Source: Cyanobacteria bacterium P01_F01_bin.150
GTDB taxonomy: Bacteria; Cyanobacteriota; Cyanobacteriia; CAKZMO01
DNA length: 64,000 nt
Assembly (NCBI GenBank): GCA_039189765.1
Contig: JBCCYL010000029.1
Location: 6,494-70,493 of the forward strand
Reading direction: 5' to 3'
A program made the position numbers and the translations under genes. The first letter of the stretch is position 1; every line of letters starts with the position of its first letter. Below, piece by piece: positions 29,011 through 38,714 of the stretch. The notes under the pieces were generated by a model that was not told where the DNA came from, did no database searches, and saw nothing but the letters and a program-made list of their open reading frames with translations.

Positions 29011-30792
29011 TTATCCATCCGATGCTGTATTTGGCTGCTGGATAAACAGTCGTTCTAGGCTCAGAGATGCGACACAAACAGTGACTAAGATGATTCCCAT
29101 CCATTGAATTGGCTCCAAATGAAAACGAGGTGTATTGGGCATCATGATCCAGCCTAAAAAAGCAGTGAGAGCTGGACCACTAGATGCAATGATCGATGCG
29201 CGTGCAGCTCCCATGTAGCGAATCCCAAAATTGTTGAAAAGGTAGCCCAGTAAGGTTAGTGCGCCCAGAATTAATGCACCCAGAAATAGTCCTCCTGTAC
29301 TTGAAATCATTGTTTTTTCAGGCGCTGCAGGGCGAAGAATGAGGCTGAAACTGGTGAGTACGAAAATGGTAAAGAATTGAATAACGCTTACCGGAACTGG
29401 ATGTAGCTTTTGAAAGCTAAGCTGCATAGAAATGAGATAGAAAGCGAAAAATAGGCCAGAGAGTAAAGCAATTCCAATCCCCAGTAAACTGGCGCTGCCT
29501 TGGGTTTGGAAATTAGATAAGTCTAGATCGGCCGCCAGCACAATTCCGAAAAACACCCCAGTCAAGACAAACCAGCGCAGAGGAGTAGGCTGATCGTTAA
29601 AAAAGAACCAGGCCAAAGGAACCGTGACAATCGGATACATAAAAAGAAGTGTCACTGCGACGCCTGGACCCACATTGCCAATGGCAATGTAGATTAAAAT
29701 TTGCGATAGGAAAAGAAATCCTCCGCTACCAATGACTGTTCCTAACATCTTTGGGTCCCAGTTATGAAAGAACGATTTAATCTTGCTCCATGCTGGTGGA
29801 TACAAGAACCCTGCGATACCTGCCATTAGAGGGACAACGATTAGCATTCGTAACCATAGGAGGATGAGGGAACTGTCTAATGACATCAAGTTAATAACGC
29901 CACCAACTTCAGGCAACACACCAAACAATCGACTTTTTGCGCCAATAACGCCAACGGCAACATTGTGAAGTGAAAGCGCAAAGGTGGAAAACAGCACTAA
30001 CACTAGACCTAGCTGGAAATGAGAAAGATTTAGCTGCTCTGCTAAGCGCTGTACAAACGGAGTGGGCGGTTTACGTGGGGGAGTAGAGGGAGAGAGAGGA
30101 GGATTCTCTGTCAACGATGTAAACTCGCTTGCTGGGCTTGATTCTTGAGGTGGGTGTTCACCTGAATCGGGAAACTGAGTTCTTAGACGCGTCACTAGTT
30201 GGCCTAGAAGAACTTCCCCTTGAGATTCTGCACTTTTGGCTTGGCTGATTTGATAAATCAGAGGATTATTAGTTTGGCCTAAATCCTGTTGTAAAGAGCC
30301 TAAAGCTGTGTTGAGTTTGTTGTTGAGTACAGCTAACGCCGTTTGAGTAGCAGGATCAGAGTGGGAATATAAGGCATTTGGAACTGGGGATGTTTTGCCT
30401 ACGCCGAAATATGATGGGTTTGTTGGTAGGGGAACCCCATAAATGCTATTGCTCTGAACACTATTTTGATCAATTTTTTGGGCTAGTAGGACATAGAGGC
30501 GAGTGGCGAGTGCTTCGGCTAGCTGTTTGGCCCAAATTTTTTGTTGGGCTATTTGCTGCTGCGATAGTTCTAGCTGTTGCTGAGTTTGTAATGACTGCTG
30601 TTCGCGTTTGAGTTCGTTGATTGCGGTCAGTAGCTCTACTTTTTCAGCTTGAAGCCTCCCTACATCAGCGGTTAATTGACCTACCAAATCTTTCTGAAAG
30701 GTTTGAAGATTCTGTTTAATTTCTGCGAGTAGTTGGTCCGAAACCGTTTGATTGGATGTCGGAGGGTTAGGTAGATCATTTGATAACCCCAT
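29011..30792 (-). CDS. sepJ: SepJ (FraG)-like septal protein: coiled coil + linker + DMT/EamA permease
   Basis: N-terminal coiled coil (LTADVGRLQAEK...QQKIWAKQLAEALA), Pro/Ser-rich linker, about 10 TM EamA-like domain. Confidence 0.72.
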   Translation of the reverse strand: MGLSNDLPNPPTSNQTVSDQLLAEIKQNLQTFQKDLVGQLTADVGRLQAEKVELLTAINELKREQQSLQTQQQLELSQQQIAQQKIWAKQLAEALATRLYVLLAQKIDQNSVQSNSIYGVPLPTNPSYFGVGKTSPVPNALYSHSDPATQTALAVLNNKLNTALGSLQQDLGQTNNPLIYQISQAKSAESQGEVLLGQLVTRLRTQFPDSGEHPPQESSPASEFTSLTENPPLSPSTPPRKPPTPFVQRLAEQLNLSHFQLGLVLVLFSTFALSLHNVAVGVIGAKSRLFGVLPEVGGVINLMSLDSSLILLWLRMLIVVPLMAGIAGFLYPPAWSKIKSFFHNWDPKMLGTVIGSGGFLFLSQILIYIAIGNVGPGVAVTLLFMYPIVTVPLAWFFFNDQPTPLRWFVLTGVFFGIVLAADLDLSNFQTQGSASLLGIGIALLSGLFFAFYLISMQLSFQKLHPVPVSVIQFFTIFVLTSFSLILRPAAPEKTMISSTGGLFLGALILGALTLLGYLFNNFGIRYMGAARASIIASSGPALTAFLGWIMMPNTPRFHLEPIQWMGIILVTVCVASLSLERLFIQQPNTASDG

Positions 30793-31155
30793 GCTGCTGG
30801 CTCCTCAATCGTGTCAATAGTTATCACAGGTCCCAAAACCATTTTCTCTTCCCTGCATCAGAGAGAAAGGCAGAAAATTAGAGCACATTTATGTATTCGT
30901 CTCTGAATTATTGCTCGGTTTTACTTTCCTCTGAAAGAGGTTTTAAGGAATAAGGTCGTGGGAGACATTTATTTTAGCGATCGCTACCCGTCAATTAACC
31001 TTAGACTGGGCTTCAACACGACTAAATGTAATGAATCTATAGAGTAGGACTCCACAGACTGCGATCGCCACTGCCCAGAGTCTACCCACATACAAGTCTC
31101 AACCACCATCACCATAGAGAGTGGAGACCCTACATACAGGTTACTCAATGCAACG

Positions 31156-31248
31156 TATACGTTGCACGGCTAGGTGCTGGACTTTTTATGAGATGTGTCC
31201 TCCGCGCAGAGGGGGACACACCTCTAAATCTCAGCCGTTGGCAGTATA
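31156..31248 (+). mobile_element. About 90-bp TA-bounded MITE-like element, family A, copy 1
   Basis: tatacgttgcacggct...agccgttggcagtata; near-identical to 32031-32122 and 39351-39438. Confidence 0.78.
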
Positions 31249-31465
31249 TGCTATGGGGCAAAATGAAGGTAAAACCGAAGATTCATCAGAATGCAAGACA
31301 TGCGGATGTAATCCTCTTACTGCCTGTTGTGCTTGATCGCTGTCGGGAAAAAGATCAGGCTATGATGAAAATCTATAGGTCCCTGATAACATTGTCCCCG
31401 TCAGTGTTTATTCCGTTCTACTTTGCTGTAGAACTTATGGTTGATTGAATAATGGTTGGACAGTC

Positions 31466-32026
31466 ATGGGTCATCAGATTGAATCAAGCACTAATACGAG
31501 GATTCATGTTGATGTCGATTTTTTGTATCGCCAAGGCGAAAGCTTGGCAAATTTAGGGCGTCACGCAGATGCTTTAGCTGCTTTTGATCAGGCGATTGCA
31601 GTTTATCCAAAGATGACTCAGTCTGCTAATCCTCATAAACTAGCTGGCCTCTGGGTGTTTCGGGCTGTGGTCTTGCTTCATCTCCAATCCTATGATGATG
31701 CTTTAATCTCATGCGATCGCGCTCTGGATTTAGAACCTAGAAATATAGAAGCCTTAGTCTTTCGAGGCGTTGCTCTTAATTATTTGGGGCGTTACCAGGA
31801 TAGTTATGCCAGTTATGCCAACGCAATGGGCTTAGCAAATCCGCAGAAAACCTATGACGAATATTCGTTGCTTAGTGTTTTATCTGGCACAAAAATTAAG
31901 GCACAGATAGGAGCATTATCAAGAGCTGCTCTGCCCTTCTTTCAACGATTCCTGTTGCAGAATCAATTTAGATTTAGACTGCGTAGATTTTGGTGCCGCC
32001 TTAAACAATTAAAGTTTCGTCATTAA
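31466..32026 (+). CDS. Tetratricopeptide repeat protein
   Basis: About three TPR motifs (ALAAFDQAI, ALISCDRAL, ALVFRGVAL). Confidence 0.85.
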   Translation: MGHQIESSTNTRIHVDVDFLYRQGESLANLGRHADALAAFDQAIAVYPKMTQSANPHKLAGLWVFRAVVLLHLQSYDDALISCDRALDLEPRNIEALVFRGVALNYLGRYQDSYASYANAMGLANPQKTYDEYSLLSVLSGTKIKAQIGALSRAALPFFQRFLLQNQFRFRLRRFWCRLKQLKFRH

Positions 32027-32030
32027 CGCT

Positions 32031-32122
32031 TATATTCTGCACGGCTAGGTGCTGGATTTTTATGAGGTATGTCCCCCGCGCAGAGGGGGACATACCTCCA
32101 AATCTCAGCCGTTGGCAGTATA
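32031..32122 (+). mobile_element. MITE-like element, family A, copy 2 (overlaps the panC/cmk 3' end)
   Basis: Same ends as copy 1; perfect internal stem gaggtatgtccccc / gggggacatacctc. Confidence 0.8.
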
Positions 32123-33829
32123 AGTCTCTTCTTGTAAGCATTGACGGTAAAGCTCGGCGATCCGATGAGTCACGTCTTCAATTGTCATCTCATCGGTCTG
32201 AATTTCGATTGCATCTATCGCTCTTCTCAGTGGAGCGATAGCCCTTGTACTATCTTGATAATCCCGCTGGCGAATGGCTTGTTCCAGCTCTTGCAAGTTA
32301 ATGTCAGTGTAGCCTTGATGTTCTAAATCTCGTTGACGACGACGTGCTCGCTCTGTTGGTGTTGCCGTTAGGAAGACTTTTAATTCGGCGTCTGGGAACA
32401 CATGGGTACCGATATCACGGCCATCTAAAATAATGCCCCCTCTTCGTCCTTGGGCCTGTTGCTGCTTGACTAATGCTTGGCGCACAGCGCCCTGAGCGGC
32501 CACGGCAGATACGTTTGCCGTTACTTCTGGAGTTCGAATTGCCTGAGTAACGTCTTGATTATTGACCCAAACCTGACATGGAATCGCTTGAGTCGGATCG
32601 GCTGGTTGCTGCTGGTCAGCCAGCAACTTAATTCGACACTGGCTGGTTAATTCAGCAATGGCTGGCTGATCCTGTAGATCGACCTTTGATTGCAGTACCA
32701 GCCAGGTTACCGCCCGATACATTGCGCCAGTGTCTAGATATAGAAGGTCGAGCATTCGAGACACTTGGCGAGCCACAGTGGATTTTCCTGCCCCGGCGGG
32801 TCCATCTAAAGCAATAATCGGACGGCGACTCTGAAGCAAACAATTGTCGATTAAGCGAGTGTCGCCTATGCGAGCAGCGATCGCCAATAGTCCACTGGTA
32901 TCAATGCTCTCTAACGGCTTGAGAGTATGTGGATGGACCAGTTCCACATATTCTAATTCCACTTCTGGTATGGTGGCGACAACTGTTGTCACTGTGTTAA
33001 TTAAGGCATAACCATTATGTTCCCCTTGCAGAAAGAGCGATTCCGCTTGTTTTAAGCTGCGGTGAAGAATAGTGGCCTTTTCTTTTTGGTCGGCAGAAAG
33101 GTATTGATTTCGAGAACTCAGAGCTAAACCATTCTCTGCTCTCACAATTGGACACCCGATTACTTCTACGGGTAACTTTAAGTCTTGAACCAGCCGTTTA
33201 AGAATGGCGATCTGCTGAGCATCTTTATTGCCGAAATAAGCTCGATTAGGCTGGACTAAATTCAGTAAACGGGTAACAACAGTGGCCACACCTTCAAAAT
33301 GGCCCGGTCGAGTACGACCACACATGACTGCCATCATTGCTGTGGGCGGCAATACTTGCGTTACATCATTCGCATCCGGTAAAACGCCCGATGTATGATA
33401 CAGCTCCCGAATTGAAGGCGCAAAGATTGCATCTACCCCCGCTGCTTGGCACAGGTCGCGATCGCGTTCCAGGGTGCGAGGATATTCATGCAGGTCTTCA
33501 TTGGGACCAAATTGCAAGGGATTGACAAAAATACTAACAACCACCAGCTCATTTTCTTGCCGTGCGCGCTGAATTAAGCTCAGATGTCCGTCATGCAGCG
33601 CACCCATTGTGGGTACTAGGCCAATGGTAAATCTTGCATGCTCCGAGCGATCGCCTGATGAATCGTCAGATGATTGCCTATCTTCTATCCGGTCTTGACT
33701 CGCAATGTCTTCATCTGATTCTTGCGGTGATTGAGTCTGCGGTAATGGCAAATGAAAGGGCTGCTTTTGGGTTCGACTGAGGGAGAGATACTGATGAAGC
33801 CCTGCGACTGTGGTGAACAAATAAACCAA
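32105..33829 (-). CDS. panC/cmk: Bifunctional pantoate--beta-alanine ligase / cytidylate kinase
   Basis: VPTMGALHDGH, RPGHFEGV, LALSSRN, RLIDN; then DGPAGAGKST, DTGAMYRA, DGRDIGT. Confidence 0.96.
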   Translation of the reverse strand: MVYLFTTVAGLHQYLSLSRTQKQPFHLPLPQTQSPQESDEDIASQDRIEDRQSSDDSSGDRSEHARFTIGLVPTMGALHDGHLSLIQRARQENELVVVSIFVNPLQFGPNEDLHEYPRTLERDRDLCQAAGVDAIFAPSIRELYHTSGVLPDANDVTQVLPPTAMMAVMCGRTRPGHFEGVATVVTRLLNLVQPNRAYFGNKDAQQIAILKRLVQDLKLPVEVIGCPIVRAENGLALSSRNQYLSADQKEKATILHRSLKQAESLFLQGEHNGYALINTVTTVVATIPEVELEYVELVHPHTLKPLESIDTSGLLAIAARIGDTRLIDNCLLQSRRPIIALDGPAGAGKSTVARQVSRMLDLLYLDTGAMYRAVTWLVLQSKVDLQDQPAIAELTSQCRIKLLADQQQPADPTQAIPCQVWVNNQDVTQAIRTPEVTANVSAVAAQGAVRQALVKQQQAQGRRGGIILDGRDIGTHVFPDAELKVFLTATPTERARRRQRDLEHQGYTDINLQELEQAIRQRDYQDSTRAIAPLRRAIDAIEIQTDEMTIEDVTHRIAELYRQCLQEETYTANG

Positions 33830-33939
33830 ATTTGTGCTGCTCCCTTACTGTACTCTTCATTTACTTGAGTTTGGCTGAATCACGCAATCTCGCCATTAAT
33901 CAAAGCTTAGTTTACAAAATTCTGACCAGCCTTGTGTAT

Positions 33940-34019
33940 GGGTATCAACTTGAGGCGGGTAGTGTGGGCGTGGAGCGCCCACACTACCGTTGATTTGGTT
34001 TCGCCTTAACACGAAACCC
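33940..34019 (+). mobile_element. MITE/REP-like element, family B, copy 2, with 8-bp target-site duplication
   Basis: GGGTATC...GAAACCC ends; flanked by ttgtgtat at 33932-33939 and 34020-34027. Confidence 0.82.
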
Positions 34020-34246
34020 TTGTGTATTAACTTAGTCCTACGAAGGTCCTACTATCTGTGGTCATATTGGCTTACAAAATGCTGTCAGGAAAATGGTACG
34101 AAGAAAAGTATGACTCATCCGGAAGTGGTCCTTCGTCGATTGAAAAAAGTGTGGAGTTCTAGATTCATTATTCAGACTCCTCCAGAAACTCAGTCGTTAA
34201 TCAGGGAACTACCAGCCCAAACTTATATGGACAGGTATTAATACTG

Positions 34247-36619
34247 ATGGTCATGGAAACTACCTTCCGCGCAAAAAAGATTGATAAAGATGCACTCCAG
34301 ACCCTTGGAACCCAGATTTATACGTTACTTGGCGAAACATCTTTTGGTATAAAATGCACTCTTAAAAATAATCGGCTTGTGGTTTTAGGAGAACATCCCG
34401 CTGATGCTTCTCCCCTAGATGCCAGCATGGTTTTAGATCGTTTAGAGAGCACTATTCAAGCATTACAGCTCCAATTTACTCAACAGGTCCGTTTATATCT
34501 GAGACATTTGGGCCAGCAAAAACCCTATGCATATCGTCAATTTGTGTTGCTCCCTCCTCCCCCCTCTTTACTGAGCGTGATGCCTGCTGAGCAATCCTCC
34601 TCTTCAACTGATGAAAAACCATGGATTGTTGGTGATGCAGAGCTAGATGCTTTAGTAAATCAACTAACAGCATTAGACCCATTAGATAATTGGGATATTG
34701 TCCCCCAAGAAGAACTAGAGCAAGAGGCATCCCTAGATGAGGATACGTCTGAGCACTTTCGTTCTGAACAACAGATTAACGACAGGGCAGACTCGGAGCA
34801 AATCTCCTATGGTCCTCAAGCGGATTCTTCTGCCAATGAAGTCCAATCCGCGATCGCCTCACCAATGGTCGCGAAGGACAATCGTTCAAACAATATGTTG
34901 GCTTCTGAACATCATGATCTTCTGGAAGATGGTCTGATTCCTGATGCTGAAGAGCTAAAGGGTATCAAAGAATCCTCAGAGCGATCGCCAGAACAGGGAG
35001 CACCTGCTGTTCATGACCGGTCTGATTCTACTCTACAGTTGTTAGAACTAGACACACAAAATATCCCGACCCCCCAATCTGAAAAAGACGCTGCTTGTAA
35101 CCAAGCTATTCTCTCTAGCACTGATTCAGACCTCTCTAAATCCTTTCTTAAACAATCTCAATCAGCTATTATCGTCTCAGATGTGGCCTCAAAGGAAAAA
35201 TCCCTTTTAAACCCTAGGTTCTCCTCATTTACCTATGAGACATCCCAGCGGTTAAAGGAATTATCTCAATCTCTGCTGCATTCCAAGACTAAAGAGAGTA
35301 TTGAAAAACTAAACCCTCAACAGTCTGACGCCACAGCCCATCTGGAAAAACCAGGATATCGTAGGGTAGCGATCGCTACAATGGGGATAGCTTCTTTGGG
35401 GCTGGCAACGGGTCTTTACGGGGTTACAAGGCCTTGTGTCATTGGTAGTTGTAGCGCGTTGCTTGAAGCGGATCGTCTGGGGCAAAAATCTCAGCGAGTG
35501 ATGCAGCAAGCTCAAAATTGGGTTGATATTGAAGCCGCTATTCCTCCTTTAAATCAAGCCCTGGAAATTTTGGAGCCTATTCCTGTTTGGTCGTCTCATA
35601 TCTCCTCGGCCAAAACGCAGAGGGAACACTATACTCTTCATCTCAGCCAAATTAATCAGTTGCTTGAAGTCGAACAAGCTGCTAAACATGCGAATCAATT
35701 GTCTAGTCAAACGGTCTACTCTTTTGAGGACTTACAAACAGTGCGATCGCTATGGAAATCAGCGATTGATGATTTGGAACTGTTGCCCATTGATAGCCCC
35801 CTGCATGAGTTTGCCCAGACTTATTTAGCTGATTATCAGCCCCAATTAGTGACGGCAGAGCAACAGCTCCAGAAAGAGCAAACGGCCATAAACGCTCTAG
35901 AAACGGCCCAAGAAGCCGCTCAATTAGCACAGGTGAGACAAGGTGTGGCCCAAAGTTTAGAAAATTGGCAATTTGCCCGTGTGACTTGGTTAGTGGCTTT
36001 GAATCGCCTCAAGCAAGTGACAACAGATACGTTAGCTGGAGAAGAGGCTCAACGGCTGATGGCTTTTTATCAAACCTCTTTAGATGAGGTAAATGCTCAA
36101 GTGAGCAGTGAAAAAGTGGCTTCAACGTCTCTGGTGAAAGCAAAGCAGCATGCTCAAATTGCTGCTGCTGCTGAGCAACGTCATGATTGGCAACGGGCAA
36201 TTGCTGATTGGAATAGTGCGATTCAGTCCGCTCAAGAAATTGACAACGGCAGCACATACTATCTAAAAGCAGAAAAACTGTTGACTCAATATCAAGATTC
36301 TGTGGCCCGTGTGCAAGATCAACTTAAGGCTAAAACGTTAATTGAAGGCGAACTAAAGCAGTCTTGTGTGGGAGAGCTGCGGCTTTGTCATATCGTGTCT
36401 ATTGACCAAAGTATCAAGATAGAGCTTGATGAATCTTACATGGATGCCATTAGTACGGCACGGGGAAATGGAAATTACAATTTGCAAGCGGTAGTAACTG
36501 ACCATCAGTTAATGGTGCGTCAAAGTCTAGATCGGATTGCTAATAACTTTGATCTACCTATTGAAGTCTATAACCCTGAGGGAGGTTTGCTTGAGCGCCA
36601 TCTTCCTAAGCCTCACTGA
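34247..36619 (+). CDS. Hypothetical membrane-anchored protein with acidic disordered linker and helical-repeat C-terminus
   Basis: 790-aa ORF; one TM followed by TRPCVIGSC; repeated W..A(I/L)..L helices. Confidence 0.82.
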   Translation: MVMETTFRAKKIDKDALQTLGTQIYTLLGETSFGIKCTLKNNRLVVLGEHPADASPLDASMVLDRLESTIQALQLQFTQQVRLYLRHLGQQKPYAYRQFVLLPPPPSLLSVMPAEQSSSSTDEKPWIVGDAELDALVNQLTALDPLDNWDIVPQEELEQEASLDEDTSEHFRSEQQINDRADSEQISYGPQADSSANEVQSAIASPMVAKDNRSNNMLASEHHDLLEDGLIPDAEELKGIKESSERSPEQGAPAVHDRSDSTLQLLELDTQNIPTPQSEKDAACNQAILSSTDSDLSKSFLKQSQSAIIVSDVASKEKSLLNPRFSSFTYETSQRLKELSQSLLHSKTKESIEKLNPQQSDATAHLEKPGYRRVAIATMGIASLGLATGLYGVTRPCVIGSCSALLEADRLGQKSQRVMQQAQNWVDIEAAIPPLNQALEILEPIPVWSSHISSAKTQREHYTLHLSQINQLLEVEQAAKHANQLSSQTVYSFEDLQTVRSLWKSAIDDLELLPIDSPLHEFAQTYLADYQPQLVTAEQQLQKEQTAINALETAQEAAQLAQVRQGVAQSLENWQFARVTWLVALNRLKQVTTDTLAGEEAQRLMAFYQTSLDEVNAQVSSEKVASTSLVKAKQHAQIAAAAEQRHDWQRAIADWNSAIQSAQEIDNGSTYYLKAEKLLTQYQDSVARVQDQLKAKTLIEGELKQSCVGELRLCHIVSIDQSIKIELDESYMDAISTARGNGNYNLQAVVTDHQLMVRQSLDRIANNFDLPIEVYNPEGGLLERHLPKPH

Positions 36620-36640
36620 TCAAGAGTGGGATAATCAAGG

Positions 36641-36680
36641 GTGGGACATTGAGGAGTGACGGATTCCAACAATGTCCCAC
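36641..36680 (+). terminator. Hairpin after the 790-aa gene
   Basis: 11-bp stem gtgggacattg / caatgtcccac about 20 nt after the stop codon. Confidence 0.6.
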
Positions 36681-36874
36681 AAGATTGTTTTGCCTTATGG
36701 TGGAGCTGTTTATTCAAGGAATAAAAAATATATCCGTATAAAACCAATATTTTTTACTGAGCCTTTAGGTTTAACGGGTAATTAATAAGCCCCTCTAAAG
36801 AGCGCTTATGCTGTCGAGACCCAAGAGTAGTTATGGGGAACGCTGACTACTGAAGTGTTTGGTCAAAATTACTC

Positions 36875-37036
36875 ATGAATAAAATCAAAGTATCAATATT
36901 TACCACTCGAATGTTCATCGCCATAATGTTGATAGGGTTTGTTTCGGGCATTGTTTCAATTTCCCTCAACCATTCCCGTTTGTACGCAAAAAATGAGTGT
37001 CATGACACTAGGACTGAATGCCAACTAGCAAACTAG
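36875..37036 (+). CDS. Putative 53-aa small secreted/membrane protein (not in the ORF track)
   Basis: Manual translation: MNKIKVSIFTTRMFIAIMLIGFVSGIVSISLNHSRLYAKNECHDTRTECQLAN*; basic n-region, hydrophobic helix, two Cys. Confidence 0.45.
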   Translation: MNKIKVSIFTTRMFIAIMLIGFVSGIVSISLNHSRLYAKNECHDTRTECQLAN

Positions 37037-37258
37037 TACAGACAATCGATTTTACATACCGTTGTTCCCTACAATTTTTGCTTTGCTAGAATAAAAAAGG
37101 CCATATGTAAATGGCTGATACAATGGCCAATCCTAAGGGAGTCAAGCTGAGCAACACCAATGGAATCCACTTTTGGTTGGTCATTCGCTTGGTAGTCATT
37201 CGCTTGTGACTTATTAACCTATGGCTGATTAGATTATGTGGCATTACCAATGACTTGT

Positions 37259-37286
37259 ATGTGATGACGCTGAAACGTTATCACAT
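37259..37286 (-). terminator. Hairpin directly after the alpha/beta hydrolase stop
   Basis: atgtgatgacg-ctgaaa-cgttatcacat stem with one imperfect pair. Confidence 0.5.
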
Positions 37287-37290
37287 GTTC

Positions 37291-38181
37291 CTAAGTTGAA
37301 GAATGGCATAAAAACTTTATCAACTCTCGATTGACAGTTTGGGGAACTTCCTGTTGAATCCAGTGACCGCATTGGGGTATGCGTTTGAGACGAAAGGGCG
37401 CAGCAATAATTTTCTCTAAGCCTTCCGTAAATCGATGACTCAAGAGTTTATCGTCATCTCCCCATAACACCAAGGTAGGAGCGGTAACGGGTAGATTTTG
37501 GGTCAGGTGTCGTCCCCAATTTTGGGGTAATAGAAGATGACGATAATGGGCAATTGCTGATGACAAGGCTCCTGGTTTAGCCAGAGCTGCTTGGTAAATG
37601 GCGGTGTCTTCGCGGGTAAACGCTCCTTTGCGGATGGCCTGATCCTGCAACATATTTTTAAGAAAATTTTGTAAGTTAGAGCGCAGTAACCACTCTGGTA
37701 GTGTCGGCACTTGAAAGGCTAAAACGTACCAGCTGCGCCTTAGTTGATCCAGGTTGCCGAGGATTTCTTGCATAAACCGTTGGGGATGGGGCGCATTGAG
37801 AATGGCCAGCCGTTGGACCGATTGAGGAAACGTTTGAGCCAGGTGCCATGCGATCGCGCCTCCCCAATCATGACCCACCACATGGGCCTTGGCGTATCCT
37901 AAACTTTTCATCAGTCCCTTAATGTCATGGCTCAAAGTGTCCAGGTCATACCCACTTAATGGCTTGTCTGAATCGTTGTATCCTCTTAAATCTGGCACAA
38001 CAACTTTGAAATGTCGGGCTAAAACAGGTATTTGATGTCGCCAGGAATACCAAAATTCTGGAAATCCGTGTAGAAGAATAACGAGTTCTCCTTCTCCTTG
38101 GGTTACACAATGGAGTCGAATACGATTCGTCTCAACAAAAAGATGCTGCCAACCGGCACAAAATGCAGTCATATACCTCAA
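37291..38181 (-). CDS. Alpha/beta hydrolase, epoxide hydrolase-like
   Basis: HGFPEFWYSW, DLRGY, GHDWGG nucleophile elbow, GHW. Alternative ATG at 38172. Confidence 0.92.
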   Translation of the reverse strand: MRYMTAFCAGWQHLFVETNRIRLHCVTQGEGELVILLHGFPEFWYSWRHQIPVLARHFKVVVPDLRGYNDSDKPLSGYDLDTLSHDIKGLMKSLGYAKAHVVGHDWGGAIAWHLAQTFPQSVQRLAILNAPHPQRFMQEILGNLDQLRRSWYVLAFQVPTLPEWLLRSNLQNFLKNMLQDQAIRKGAFTREDTAIYQAALAKPGALSSAIAHYRHLLLPQNWGRHLTQNLPVTAPTLVLWGDDDKLLSHRFTEGLEKIIAAPFRLKRIPQCGHWIQQEVPQTVNRELIKFLCHSST

Positions 38182-38714
38182 GTTTTCCGCTGAACAATGC
38201 TGATTAAAACAGCCGAAAGAACTCAGTCAAGGAAGCGATGAATCACAGTTTTTGGCAGCTAGACATTTGGGGTCAGAGCTGTAGCCTGGCGATCGCTCTA
38301 GCTTGTCCTGTTTAGAGAGTTCTGAAGCTAGTTTCAATCCTTATTTTTTCGAGAGTGTCTAATAGTAAGAAATAGGAGTATAAAAAAGATGGTTAAATGA
38401 GTGAATTTAATGATTTGAACGGCTTCAATAAACGATTGATAAAGTTCTTAGATGTCTTTCAGTATAAGAATAATCGGATTTGTATAAGAACAAATAAAAA
38501 CAGGTTCCCGTTCTAAATTTTACATTGATTTGGAGGGCTTACACTGAGACTTTTGTAGCTTTACCGCTTTAGGGATTGGAACCGTGGATTTTCGGTTTCT
38601 CAACGTTTACGTATTAATTCCCCAAAACAAAGCTACCCGATGTGGCCACTCTCGTATTTTAACGGATGACGGGCGTGGTTGAGGGCAAGGCGAAGGCTCA
38701 TGGCTCCTTCGCGT

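Noticed and set aside
31121-31448. Short ORFs 31121-31336 and 31188-31448 (similarly 2192-2374 and 33990-34241)
   Set aside because: They read through MITE sequences and have no recognisable protein features.
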